Part shown: piece after piece, positions 26,201 through 39,459 of the stretch
Numbering within the stretch: the first letter of the stretch is position 1
How the letters are laid out: every line of letters begins with the position of its first letter
Assembly: GCF_964355755.1 (NCBI RefSeq)
Contig: NC_092676.1
Span: 16,386,871 to 16,450,870, forward strand
Direction of reading: 5' to 3'
Source: Antedon mediterranea
Taxonomy: Eukaryota > Animalia > Echinodermata
DNA: 64,000 nt
The notes under the pieces: generated by a model
Told to the model about the DNA's origin: nothing
Database searches by the model: none
What the model saw: only the letters and a program-made list of their open reading frames with translations
Position numbers and translations under genes: made by a program

Positions 26201-28876
26201 AGAACATGGTCAACCTAAGATCCAGCCAGTGATACCCACAGCATTGTCCTTTTTTCAGTAATTTGCTTTTAGATTTATATATAAAATTGTTATATATTTT
26301 GTTTTCCTACAGGATCAAAAACCCAAGGGAAACAATGCAATCGTTGGTCTTTTCAAAACTCCGAATATGCGGCGAAAAACACTGAGTTTGATGTTTGTGT
26401 GGTAGTTACTAATATTTATCATTTATTAATATCAAGGCAATTAAATGACCTATTTAATATTCATATTATGATACTCATACTATTATATTGCTTACGATTA
26501 AGATTTATATCTGACAAATGGACGTATATTCTTATCTTTAATTGGCTTCAACAAAATTTCATTAAGATCTACGTGACACCAAAATCCGTACCATCCAAAA
26601 TCCGTACGTTTTGCTTTAATTCAAAACCCTCCACTTTCAATATACATTAATCAAAATGAGCGGCACTTCTTTGGGGAAAACAAAACAATAAAGTGCATAT
26701 AGTACACACCATCTGGTTTTATGCATTTTAATGTCAAAATGAAATGTAATGGTACACATAAAAAAAAACTTAAAAGAACTGGTAAATCTCAAATATTGTG
26801 TCTATTTCGATAAAATTTGTTTATAAATATTGGATTAACACATTTTTCAGGTTTGTTGCCAGTTTTGTTTATTATGGTCTAAGCTTGAGTACATCTGGTC
26901 TTGGAGTTAATGACTACCTTGCATTCTTTATTGGAGGTGCCGTCATCATTCCCGGCAGAATCCTGCTCGTATTTGCACTGGACATTATTGGCAGACGTCA
27001 CTCCTTATTCTGGTCAATGTTGATTGGTGGGATAGGCTGCATTCTTACATTATGGACTCGTGAGTGTACAGGCCTACTTTTAATTGAATTGATTATTGGT
27101 GGAAAAGCAGGAGATCAATCTCCTTTGCGGGTAGGCCTACAGCTACATTCACTTTCACTGAAGGCAAGTCGGAGCCGTTTGTGTGTTAATGTAACATGCT
27201 GCGAGTCTTTGCGTAATTGCATTTTAAGAGCCTTGTTACATACACCTACGCTTAGGGTCTACCACCAAGAATTGTCACAGTATGAAATGCTAACGTGATA
27301 GATCTTAAATTCTTTAGTCTTATAATGGGATTCTCTGTAGGTCTATTTTTATCCAGATTTCAGGCCCAAATGATGTTACATGTATTATTATTATTTATAT
27401 TGATTATTATTATTATATATATGATGTATTATGTTTAGGTTTATTTCGTATGATACCGAATATGCCTATGATACTAACATTATACACATATAGCGTGCTT
27501 CTTTTACGTTACGCCAGTGATTAACATACGTTATGCTAGACTGAAGTCCAATATGTAATTTTGTAATAATATATAATATTATATATATTTTGTTTACAGC
27601 TATAGGAACATGGACAATTACTACCGCTATGATTGGAAAATTCTGCCTCTCTTTCGCTTTTTCAGCACTGTATGTCTTTTCAGCTGAATTGTTCCCAACA
27701 CCTGTTAGGTAATAAATTGTTTATAATGTGTAACTAAAATTATATGACGTCAGAAATACAACAAGATACAGTTTATTAGATATATTTTTATTTATTTGAA
27801 ATACTTCACCTTTAGAATTCTGGCACTCACGAAACTATGGTGCAGTCAAAATTGTAAAAACTAAACAAAGTAGGCTTATAAAGTACATACAAAAACTTAA
27901 AATCTACAATTTTACCAAGTATTTACGAAGTGTTAAGCAACATCATGTCAACGGGGGAAACTCTGCTGAAGAAAATGGGAATGTTTTTAGCTACTAACCA
28001 AGCAGCTCTTAAAGTAGTTCACAAAGTAACAAATGTTGAGAGATTCCTCATTAATTGCAATAATCGAATCTCCGCCTAAAATATTCATTATTTATTCTCA
28101 AAATGTATAATAAATGTGCCATGGCTGTTGAGTACAAGATCATTAGTAGAATGGTTAATTTTTCCTTTCAAATGCATTAAAATTTAATGATCAATCGTTA
28201 GGCCTATACAAGTTTGTTTCATCGAGTAAATCTCTAAATTAAGAAAAGTTTTCATTTTCAATACGAATTTAGGTATTTATGTTTAAAATCATTCAAATGA
28301 ATGAACATTAAGACCACGTGTGATCGTTCATAGCGTCAAATAATGTAACTCTAGCTAATTCATGTAATTGAGATAATGGAACCCAGAAAGTTCGTCATCT
28401 TCTTGGAGAGTAGGCCTATACCTTATAACTTTATAATATAATTGCACCTTCTTCATAAATATTTCATGGATGTACTATATTGCAATTGAAGGAATTACAA
28501 TGGGTTTCCACAATATGTTTCCATACACCCGATTATAGTCATCAAGGTTAGCTATGATACCTTTTTTATAATTATTTTATAAGCCGGTCGCTCTTTTCTA
28601 TTACATGTCATAATAATTTTTTTTAACTTTTTCAGGAGCACTGGTTTAGGACTATCATCAACATCTGCTCGAGTTGGAGGAGTTATTGCGCCACTAATTC
28701 TAGAACTGCAACGTGTATGGTCACCGTTGCCGTATCTACTATTTGGTTGTTTGAGCATTGCGGGTGGATTTCTAACATTAACCCTTCCTGAAACCAATGG
28801 AATGCAGCTTCCAGAAACATTGAAAGAAGGGGAGGATTTCAAACTGAGTAATTCCAGAAGCAACAGAATTGTTTAG
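23298..28876 (+). CDS. SLC22-family (OCT/OAT/OCTN-like) major facilitator transporter
   Basis: Nine exons join in frame: 23298-23684, 24066-24169, 24317-24471, 24632-24800, 25216-25357, 26313-26401, 26851-27059, 27600-27708, 28636-28876 (TAG). Motifs: IGSFGTYQ, STIIQEWNLVC, ADRLGRK, PESARWL, LFKTPNMR, VYYGLSL, AELFPTPVR, LPET. Exon sizes 104, 155, 169 and 109 match the usual SLC22 gene structure. Confidence 0.95.
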
Positions 28877-29730
28877 TATTTAGCCTAAGAAACAACTAAA
28901 AGCAATACAGTAAGAGGGTATTTTTGGGGTTTTGAAATTTGTTTTCTTTAGGTATAAACTTATGGTCGGAGGCTTATAATTTGTGCATATAATGCAAATA
29001 ATATCCATCTCTTTTCGCGAATCTTAAAATAATTTAGGCCTAATAACATGTCAACAAAACGCGTAGAATAAACATTTTGAAAAGAGCTTCAATACTTTAA
29101 TTACATGTGTTTTTTTCTCGTATTCTAAAAGATTCAAAGTTGCATAGAAAATGGATAGAACTTTTGTATATATAATCTCATGTATACTTTTACGTGTGTT
29201 AACTAGTACGTATCAGTATAGCCATAATAATGTGTTGTTTTGTAAACTATAGTAATCAATAATATAATAATGTCTACAGTCTACATCCAATAAATCCCAA
29301 AACATAATCCACATGTATTTTAAGAGACACTATATGTCAACAAATAATTATTAGTCCTCTCTCCATGACGGTTGTCACATAATGCTTTGTATTATTTTTT
29401 ATTGTATTTATATGTTTCATATGGACAGTTTGTCTGAAATAAAGTTGAATCGAATTGAATTGAATTGAATTAGGTGTTCCCAAAACAAACACATTGCCTC
29501 TTGATAGCTGCTGGTAGTGAAGACATTGTCAACATAGGTAGTATACAGTTACTATAAACTGATTTATAATAATATCTGCTATTGTAATAGATTGAATTAA
29601 AATGTCATTTATCTATCCGATGACTAAACGGAATAAGCTCATCGTAGTTCTTAGTTCTATCATTCCAAAAGCACAAGGTTCCCCTTAAAATTTAAATGAA
29701 GTAGGCCTACATATGGACAATATCAATACG

Positions 29731-29965
29731 TTACAGATATATTGTCCCTTTGACTAATTCCAAAAACATTAAAAAAAAGATTTCGAAAAAAAAGTGGGAA
29801 AAGTGGGTCATTTTGAAGTATCATAATAGTTATTAACTTTCACCAAAAATTAGTCGAAAAAATCATTTAACTGAAATACAGACGTTTTTTTTGTTAAAAA
29901 AATAACTTTGACTTCCAGTCAACGTTTTCGATCAAAACATATAATGCAACGCGTTTGTTTGGCTA
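29731..29965. mobile_element. One-ended copy of the TTAA element at 38909-39459, in inverted orientation
   Basis: attgtccctttgactaattccaaaaaca...aatgcaacgc is the reverse complement of about 39240-39455. Confidence 0.75.
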
Positions 29966-30389
29966 CTCTTTTTCTATATTAAAAAGTAAAAGATTCCAAG
30001 GTGGACTTAATGAAAGTGAAAATATATTTTTCTATATTGTATGAGTCAAAGATGCTCTCCAGATGGAATACGGTACTAAAATGAGACCAATGAGACCGAG
30101 TCATATTGCACTCAGTCACTCATCATACTTTATTTCTAATGTGTTACTTATATAAATTATGTTTATTTTCTATGAACCATAAATTCCGAAATAAAAGATT
30201 TAGGCCTAATCGAATTGAATTATAACATGTTGGTTTTCAAGTATTGCAATTTTCACAGATATTTGCTTGTTATTTATGGCTATTTGCCTATATCCTGATA
30301 CAGCAATTGAACAGCAATTGTCTTGCCTATCGTTGGTTATAAGAAGGAAGGCCTATAGCAATTCTACAGTTATTGGTTTTTAAGTACAG

Positions 30390-31133
30390 TATAGCAATTT
30401 TCACAGCTATTTTCGTACTATTTATGGCTATTTGTATATCCTGATATAGCAATTGCACAGCTATTTTCGTACTATTTATGGCTATTTGTATATCCTGATA
30501 TAGCAATTGCACAGCTATTTTCGTACTATTTATGGCTATTTGTATATCCTGATATAGCAATTGCACAGCTATTTTCGTACTATTTATGGCTATTTGTATT
30601 TCCTGATATAGCAATTTTCACAGCTATTTTCGTACTATTTATAGCTATTTGTATATCCTGATATAGCAATTGCACAGCAATTTTCGTACTATTTATGGCT
30701 ATTTGTATATCCTGATATAGCAATTGCGCCGCTATTTTCGTACTATTTATGGCTATTTGTATATCCTGATATAGCAATTGCACCGCTATTTTCGTACTAT
30801 TTATGGCTATTTGTATATCCTGATATAGCAATTGCACCGCTATTTTCGTACTATTTATGGCTATTTGTATATCCTGGATATAGCAATTGCACCGCTATTT
30901 TCGTACTATTTATGGCTATTTGTATATCCTGATATAGCAATTGGACCACTATTTTCGTACTATTTATGGCTATTTGTATATCCTGATATAGCAATTGCAC
31001 CGCTATTTTTGTACTATTTATGGCTATTTGTATATCCTGATATAGCAATTGCACCGCTATTTTTGTACTATTTATGGCTACTTGTATATCCTGATATAGC
31101 AATTGCACAGCTATTTTCTTGCTATCTATGGCT
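30390..31133. repeat. 54-bp minisatellite, about 14 copies
   Basis: Unit tatagcaattgcacagctattttcgtactatttatggctatttgtatatcctga. A diverged copy lies at about 30241-30320. Confidence 0.97.
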
Positions 31134-32829
31134 ATGATATTTGTATCAGTTTGCTACTTATTGCTATGACCAATCCTGCGCATGAGTGTCATGAGAGTGA
31201 TTCGACACATTTAGCCACCTTCCCGACCACCAATCAAAGCCCCAAGAGAACAAGATATGGATGGGAATTAGATTTATTTTAACTCGGAAAAGCAGTAACA
31301 GTAATACTTTACAAATTTAAAAATAACAAATTTTAAAAATAACAAATTAGAGAACAAAAATATATAAACAGAAACCTTAATTACATTTATGCTAAGAGTA
31401 CAAAATAAATTATAAATCAAACCAATAATTGTTTTAAGTATTTGAATTTGTGGCATTTTGCATTGGTTAATGTGTAATTGTTTTATGGTTCCATATGTGG
31501 AATGTACCGATTTTTTTTCTTCAGATTTTTGTGTATGACTTGATTCAAGATCGTGATTACTTTCATAAAATTTATCATGGCGCCCTCTACATCCGCCGAC
31601 TAATTGAAAAGTGAGGTTGTAAGTAAATTATTGTACCATATGGGTTTTGCGGCCGGGAGTGGAAAAATACAAGAACGCAAAATTCGTAACATCACGCAAG
31701 AACGCAAAATTCGTAACATCACGCGCGTGTGTCTAAATGATCTCATGGAGATACAAAAATAAAATAAGCAAAACGCTAAAACGATTTAAAAAAAACCAAA
31801 ACAGTCAGAACTAAAAATGCATAACAGTTAAATAGTTTAAAAATAGACGTGATTAGAATTTTATATCGCGTTGTATACTGCATATTAATCATTTTTAAAC
31901 AAAAAAAATACTGGTGGTATTTTTATTAGATTTACAAATGTGAATTTAATTTTGCATATTTATCAATCTATGAATTGATTTGATTTTAATTTATTTGGAA
32001 AATCATCATAAAAAATTTATACAAAGTGATAACATAAATTACGGACATTACAAATACAGTAATACATTTATAACAGATTTTCTCTAGGATAGACCAAAAA
32101 GCTTATCAGCTTATTTTCATTGGGATCCTTTAAATTTACTATTAGTTGGGTGGTAAACAATAACTAAACAAATTAAATAAAAAGTTAAGAGTTTTTAAAT
32201 TTTTATAATAGGTAGTTAATAGGCCATACTGTTTTGAGTAGATTTCAAACCAGATTACCGGTGTGTCGGGAGTCTTTTTGTTTAGTTTTAATTTTTCTTC
32301 CGGAAATCCTGCATTTTTCATTTTTTTATTTCTCCTTGACTCTTGAATACTGGGCCAATATATCATTAAATTATGTAAAAATTAATTGTAGTAATGTTTT
32401 TATTACAAAAATATTAAAAAATCAAGCATTTTTCAAAACAAACATTAGATAACATTTTGTGTACATTATAATATTATAAACCTACAACTTATAGTTTGAT
32501 TTGATTGTTTGCTGATACAGTACAATACTAAATGATATCTATATTTCAATAATATTGCTTATGTATTAGTAGTACACTATTCACGAAATACATTGTTAAT
32601 TTAACAATCTGAGTCATACATCTCATTGTGAACGGGTCTAAATGCATATGGTGAAGTAATTAAAATGTTTTATCCTTCTATCTCCTTCACAATTATAATC
32701 TGTCTATTAGTCATCCTCAGTGTATTGGGGTGTGCCTCATACTAAAGGCGGTTTGGTATATTCATAACAATCAATAACCTCGTAAATAATTTTCACACGG
32801 CACGTAGGTATTTCAACAGGTCTGATAAA

Positions 32830-33070
32830 ACACGTCCAATCAGTGCGATTAATAAATTAAGATTTATCCAATCAGAACGCTTAAATTTACTTTCACTTCA
32901 ACAAACGTATCTGAAATATCGGATCTGGCGTAGCGCCATAGCATGAATGTACTGTAAACTAAAAATCCAGCCGTGTGGTAGAAACGGTTACCGTGCAGTG
33001 TCTTTTTTATCAAGCAAATCCTAGAGGTTGTTGATAAGATATTGGAATATTTAGGCATTCATTTTAGAAG
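32830..33070 (+). promoter_or_regulatory. Candidate CCAAT-box promoter and non-coding first exon of a downstream gene
   Basis: Two CCAATCAG motifs (about 32836 and 32868), a locally CpG-richer stretch and a strong donor AAG|GTAAGA after 33070, followed by taggcctag-rich sequence. Confidence 0.5.
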
Positions 33071-33493
33071 GTAAGATAAAGATTACGATACACAAGAGAA
33101 AAGCTCAACGAAAGTTGGATATGCATAGGCCTAGGCCTAGCTAGTCATGCTCAATCAATTATAACATCTGGGCCCGGTATCTCATCTCAAGTGTGTTGTG
33201 TTTATGTGGAGAAGCATCCCAATTCGCTGAGCCAGTCCACCGCACACAAACTACCAGAGTGCCAGAGGCAGTGGTGGTGGCAGTAGAAAAAACTAAAAAT
33301 CTAGGATTGGCCTAGCCTCTAGGCTAGTTACTGTAGGCCTACTCTAGTCTACTTGAATTATCAAGTAGCCATGGCATCGAGGGTCTAGCCCTAGGCTAAT
33401 GTCTGTTTAAACAAAACACACACTATAGCCTAGCCTACTAGGTAGGCTAGGCCTTATTATATATAGGCCTAGTAGGCCTATATTGGTACTTGG

Positions 33494-33975
33494 TGGTTAT
33501 CAGACGATCGGGACCACGGACGATCGGGCCCAAATCGTGAGACAATCGGGCGCATCAAGGGTGAAAGACGATCGGGCCCAGACGATCGGGCACAACAAAC
33601 AAGACGATCGGGCCCAAAACATTCTCGGAAAATAAAAAATAAATAAATACGCGAATCAATACAAACACAATAATAACAATCAAAATCAATCACATTTATT
33701 CATAAATCGAGAGTATTGGTAAGAAATTCTTAAAACCAGTTGTGTTAATTAGGGGAAATTATGATAAAATCAGAAAAAATCTAATTTATAACCTTTTTAA
33801 TTAAAATCTTATTTACGCAAGAAAAGCACGTTGACACTAAGCACTAGGAATGAAATGTGGCACATTATTTTATATAACACAAAAGACTATCGGGCCCAAC
33901 GCTAAGACGATCGGGACCAACTGGTAAGACGATCGGGCCCAACGTGGTTCTGAAAACACTGGACGATCGGCCATT
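33494..33975. mobile_element. Non-autonomous DNA transposon fragment with clustered gacgatcggg(a/c)cc repeats
   Basis: About ten copies of gacgatcgg in two clusters (33502-33615 and 33884-33972) around an AT-rich core. Confidence 0.55.
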
Positions 33976-35689
33976 AGGCCACTGTACTTTTGCACCTAGG
34001 CTAGGCCTCTATACACCATTGACTAAACATACTGTATGCTCACTAGAAATAGTATGTAACGCGCACAAAGAAAGAGAGCCTGTAAATGAAATTATTTGAC
34101 CAATCACAAAAACATCGATGGATTATTTGAATTAATCAAACTCGTGTTGCGTACATGTACATCCTTGCGTTACTATTTCTCTCCTCTAGTGGGAACTATA
34201 CCTGCTGCATTACTGCTGGCAGCGGCTGAATGTTTGAACTAAAGTTGTACTAATCTAATTTGCTGCACAATTGTAATAATATTGTCATATTTCAGATTTA
34301 TATACAGTAAGAACTGCAAGCATCCCATTAATTTAAAACACTTTTTATTGTTGTGTTAGGGGCCAACTCTGACTGCGCCATACAACGAGGCCTTACGAGT
34401 CGTCTCGTCGGAAGATTAAACTTGTTTCATGTTCTCCCAACGACCTAAAAACTACGCATACGCCCGATGCTACTGTATCAAATGAAGACTCATCTCGTCG
34501 TTAAAATAAATGGCGCCTGCACTTCCAAAGCAGTACTGACTTGTAATGGTCCTATGTCACAGTGAAATTAAAAACCAATTTAAAAATTAAGTTTCCACCA
34601 AAAGAGAGATGAAAAGGAGAGAGATTAGCAAATCAATACAAGGCAGTGAAAGTGTTTTCAGTATCGAAAAAAGTGTTTATGACCTTTGCTAGTAAACTGT
34701 TAAGTACATTATTTCCCAAGAGTAATATCCTTTGTTATGATTATAATTACTGCTAATTGTATTATTAGCATTAATGACATTGACACAGCATTTAATTCTA
34801 ACATTTAAGACTAATGCAGCTCAACCTTTCTGCTTAAAATAAAAATCTTGTGGATGGGGAAAACCATACTGTACATGAAAGCAATCAGCCCAGGCTGTTT
34901 TAACTGTTTAAAATAGTTCTTGTTTCTCATGTTCTCAGTGTCTCTTGAGTACTTGGGTCTATTGTGCTAACAATGGTCTTTCCTGGGTCATCTTGTGGTG
35001 GTTGTTTTCCCCGAATTACTGTAGTATGAATATTTTGTTCTTGTATGCACATAAAATCAGTTTTCCAAAGTTCTGTAGTACTGTAATGTACTAATCTGAA
35101 TGCAAAATAATTCTGTGTATTCTGTTTGCTTGTGAAAGGTTCACATTCTGATCATGCATCAATGCTACTCTGTAACCCTTAGCTTTCTCCATCATAAATC
35201 TTGATTTCATTTTACTGACTTGATTTATTTAATGTTTTTTTGCATTTACATATCTTGCCAGGAAATTCACACTTGTTTTCTGTTTGACTTTATATTGCAA
35301 GATTGAAACTGACATTTACTTGAGTTCAAAGATCATGGAAAAAAAAATTATTTAGAATTGAATAACTTTATTAAAACTGCAAAATGGCCTACCTGTATTG
35401 TAAAGTTTTATTTTAGTACTGTATATTCATTTTTGATGTTTTTTGGGGGAAATAATCTTTAAATAAAAATACTCCAGTAGTAGCAAAATAAAAGAATTTG
35501 CTGTCAGAGAAAAGCGCTTTAAAAAAGTTGTTGGTCTAGTTGTTGGTCTAGTTTACCTTTAAAATCAACATGCCAACAGTACAGTCGTAAACATTTTATT
35601 GTTCTTAACATTTACAGTATGTTGAAAATTGTATTTTTTTTTATTTTCTCTATTTTATTTTCTACTTATTTAATTGATTTATCAAAGAA

Positions 35690-35772
35690 ATGAACGTAAA
35701 CGCAGACACACACAATCCATGTCAATCACAGGTTACTAAAAATCAAAGTAAATTTATCTGGATACAATTCAG
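35690..35772 (+). CDS. Candidate alternative first coding exon (MNVNADTHNPCQSQVTKNQSKFIWIQF), phase-2 donor
   Basis: T-rich tract and AAG acceptor at 35687, ATG, 27 open codons plus 2 nt, CAG|GTTTGT. Confidence 0.4.
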
Positions 35773-37545
35773 GTTTGTTTCTTGCCGGTGTAGAGTAAAA
35801 AGGGGTTGATGTGTTAACAATGGTCTTTTCCATTCCGTACCTGCATAATTAAACCTTGAATCATCTGTAATTGATATTTGCTAGCCTGAATGAATCGAGC
35901 ATTGCATTCATCAAGCGTGCCAGCGTAACCAGGTGCTAAAGCTGACTGCTTCTCCACCACGTTTGTACGCGAGCCGTGTTGAGTTCTTCCACTTATTTTC
36001 ATGCATACAATAACTTAGCATGCTTGCTTTGTTTATATGCGATCAGCATTGTGTCTTCCGCATGTTTGCCTGTCTACAATGACCCCAGGCTTTATACAGG
36101 TTTTAACAATGTATTTAACAATACAGGTACCTCCCACCAAATAAACACTATGCATCATATAACTATTATTAATTATTCTAAATTTGATCATAACAATAAT
36201 ATTAATAAGAGGCTATATTTATGGTACTGTATTTCAGATACCATGTTTAAATAGCAGGTTTAAGAATAAATTAAATAATGTACACGGTATGTGGTCAAGC
36301 TATTCAAGGAAACACAAATTTTATGTTAGTTCCACCATAATTCTACAGTATTCCCTTTTTCCTGCTTACCAAAAACCCAACATTAATTTTGTGGATACAC
36401 TTGTTAACAGTAAATAGAAAAGTGCAATGTTGTTTGAGGTTGATATTAAATAGATGGTCAGGAAGGTAGGCTCTGTTTTGTGGTGGTTTTTTGTATTATA
36501 ACATTAACCTAAACTAATCCAGATATCCTGACAACAGCAACAGTTTAACAATAGAGTTGATTATGATTCATACTGTATTATCAAATATTAATATACAGTA
36601 ACATTTATTTTATATTATTTTTTCTGGCTTTATGCCAATATTTACTTCACAGACATTAACATTGTACAGTACAGTTATTTTTTTAATGTAAATTGGATAT
36701 TGTAAGAGTTTGATGTGAACACCTACTGTCTTTATAGACTTTGTTTCTAGACAATATCTTCATTTCTTTTCAATCTAATTAAAATTTAATCTGAATTAAA
36801 TATTTATAAATATCTTGATGGTTTTGTATTTAGTAAAATACTGTAGAAGTACTGAAAATTATGGAAAATATTAGCATTGGTACATTTATTTACCTTACTA
36901 TAAAGATTTATTTTACTTAGGTGATCCACCCAGATTATGAAGCATTGTGCTGAAAATTTAGATATGAACAAGATGTACTAAGAAAGTAGATCTATTCATT
37001 TGTTTGTTGAATCACAATTTAATCATCATAATTACTGGAAAACAACAAATTTCACAAATATAGGCTCTGTTATTGTTTAACATCAAAACTATTATTGCAG
37101 TAATAGCAATACTGTAGCAAATCCCACTATAGCTTAGTACATAAATTGTTTATAAAAATTGTAATAAAAAGTCAAAAAATGGCAATGGTGTGTTGTGAAC
37201 TTATTATTTTAAAAAGGCTAAACATTTTTCAGACCAAGTATATTGCATACTGTACAGTTTTTATTACTCGCTCGGTCATGGCCAAAACTGCTGTCCCGAT
37301 TAATCTTTTAAAACTAATACATTATAAAATGCTACAGTATAGTAAAATTTTGTTATTGTGTATAATATTTTTCTCTAATTAAAAAGATTGTTAAAATTGT
37401 GGTCTATAATGAATGCTTTGTGTTGGCCATGACCTGTACAGTACTTCAAAAGACAGAGTTTGACCTTCATATTACCTTTTGTATTAATTACTGATTCTCT
37501 GTTTGTTATTTCAAGACAACTCTCTATTGATTGGCATCAATATTG

Positions 37546-37631
37546 ATGGCACTAGGCTCATCAGACTTTGTTTTAAAATCCAGATCATGGTACAGTATGT
37601 ACAGTAATGATGGCTATGTATCATATGATAG
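37546..37631 (+). CDS. Candidate alternative first coding exon (MALGSSDFVLKSRSWYSMYSNDGYVSYD), phase-2 donor
   Basis: Acceptor tttcaag at 37515, ATG, 28 open codons plus 2 nt, TAG|GTATGT. Confidence 0.45.
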
Positions 37632-38908
37632 GTATGTTTCTCAGAATACCTTCTAATGTTATTGCTACACATTCAGGATACTAAAGAATAATAATCAATG
37701 ACTATTATACAGTACATGAATTGCCAACAGTCAAATTGAAAACTATTAAAATCAATTATTTTAAAATTGTATTGTGTATTTTATGGTTTTATTTTTATCA
37801 AGTTTATAATTATCATCATTTGAAACAAACATTTCAGTAGGTAAAACTACTGTGTTAATCAGTTGTGGTACAGTACAGGTAGTATTCAGTACCAAAAACA
37901 GTCAATGGTGTATGATTAAACTGTATAGCAAGCAATGCCCAACAGTATCACACCTAAAAAGCGAGCCACTATGGCCCTGTTTTGGCTGCCAAGTATACCG
38001 TATATACAGTATATTTTTGGCAAAAACGGTGCTCATTGTGGATACAATACGGTATTTATAAATTTATACAGTATTTTGGGTACCCTTTTCTGCTGCCAAT
38101 AAAATAGTCAACTAAAGTAAGGAACAACATCACAACATTTGCAAATAATCTGCCCAGGGAACATTTTCGCCAGTGTAGCGTAGCAAAAAGCTATACAAAA
38201 CAACCTTATTGCTACACATTTTGAAAATTGTGTAGCAAAAAATACAATACAAAACTATGTTTCTCGACTTAAAAATCAGTTTGATTAGCAATATTGCTAA
38301 ACAAAATTTTTAAATGAAAATTTTCCCTGTTGGGGAAACAAAGATTTTGGAAAAATTAAAAAGGAACAAACAGGACAGCCACATTTAGAAAGTCATTGAA
38401 ATAAGAGACAAAGACTGTGAAAGCAGAGGCTAAAACATCGCCAAAGATAACAAATTCTAATTCAGGCAATGAAGGAATAATTCTTGTCTCCAGTTTGGCA
38501 CATCGAAAGGCAGGTTGGGTAAAAAAGATGAATTTTAACATGATCACCCAAGATAGTACTTCTAGCAGAAACGGGGTATTAAAAATATGGTATAAAATAT
38601 ATCATATTTTTATACTGTATTTTGAGGATATGCAGCAGAAACAGGCCCTATGGAAAGAACACATCAAAATATGGCTGTCATCAGATAGCAGATAACAAAT
38701 TAGATAAACTGTAAAACTACAGTATACAGTGGTACACCAGATAGAATTTTCGTGTACCAACCTATGCATGTTAAGCGTTGAGACTTTTTCCAAGAAATTA
38801 TTAATTTTAATGCCATTTCAGACTTTTTACTGTACAAAAATGTTTATTAATCCATTTTGAAATCTACTGTATTTAAATGTAAAACTTTTTTTATCATGAC
38901 TATTTTAA

Positions 38909-39459
38909 AGATGTATTGTCTCTTGAAACACGAAAAATGAAAAAAAAAATATTCTAAATTTAAATTGGCCATATCAAAGTAATATTAAAGTTATTCACTT
39001 TAAGTCGAAAATTCGAGCCAAAAACAACAATTTTACATAATTAACAGGTAAATTAATTAGATTACATTTCGTCTGGGAAATCGTCGCAAGCAAAAGTAAA
39101 CAAAGATTTCAAACCATGAGTATGCTGCATTATGCATGATGCTAATTAGGATTGTTTACAACTTGTCACGGTTGAGAAGGTGTTTTCACACAGATCGCGA
39201 GAAAGTTTTATGATTATGCATACAGAGTAGCCAAATAAGTGCGTTGCATTATGAGATATGTTTTGATTGAAAACTTTGACTTCCAGTCAAAGTTAATTTT
39301 TGAACAAAAAAACATCTGTATTTCGGTTAAATTTTTTTTTTTTTCGACTAATTTTTGGTGAAAGTTAATAACTATTATGATACTTCAAAAATGACCCACT
39401 TTTTTTCAAAATTAAAAAAAAAAATTGTTTTTGGAATTAGTCAAAGGGACAATACATCT
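38909..39459. mobile_element. Non-autonomous TTAA-target DNA transposon (Kolobok-like ends)
   Basis: TTAA|agatgtattgtc ... gacaatacatct|TTAA. Confidence 0.8.

Noticed and set aside
1002-28863. Antisense ORFs over GART, SULT, LINE and SLC22 exons (for example 1002-1265, 4838-5176, 23408-23677, 28552-28863)
   Set aside because: Shadow frames of real coding exons on the opposite strand.
30327-31137. Four ORFs with 18-aa repeats
   Set aside because: Translations of the 54-bp minisatellite, broken by stops and a frameshift.
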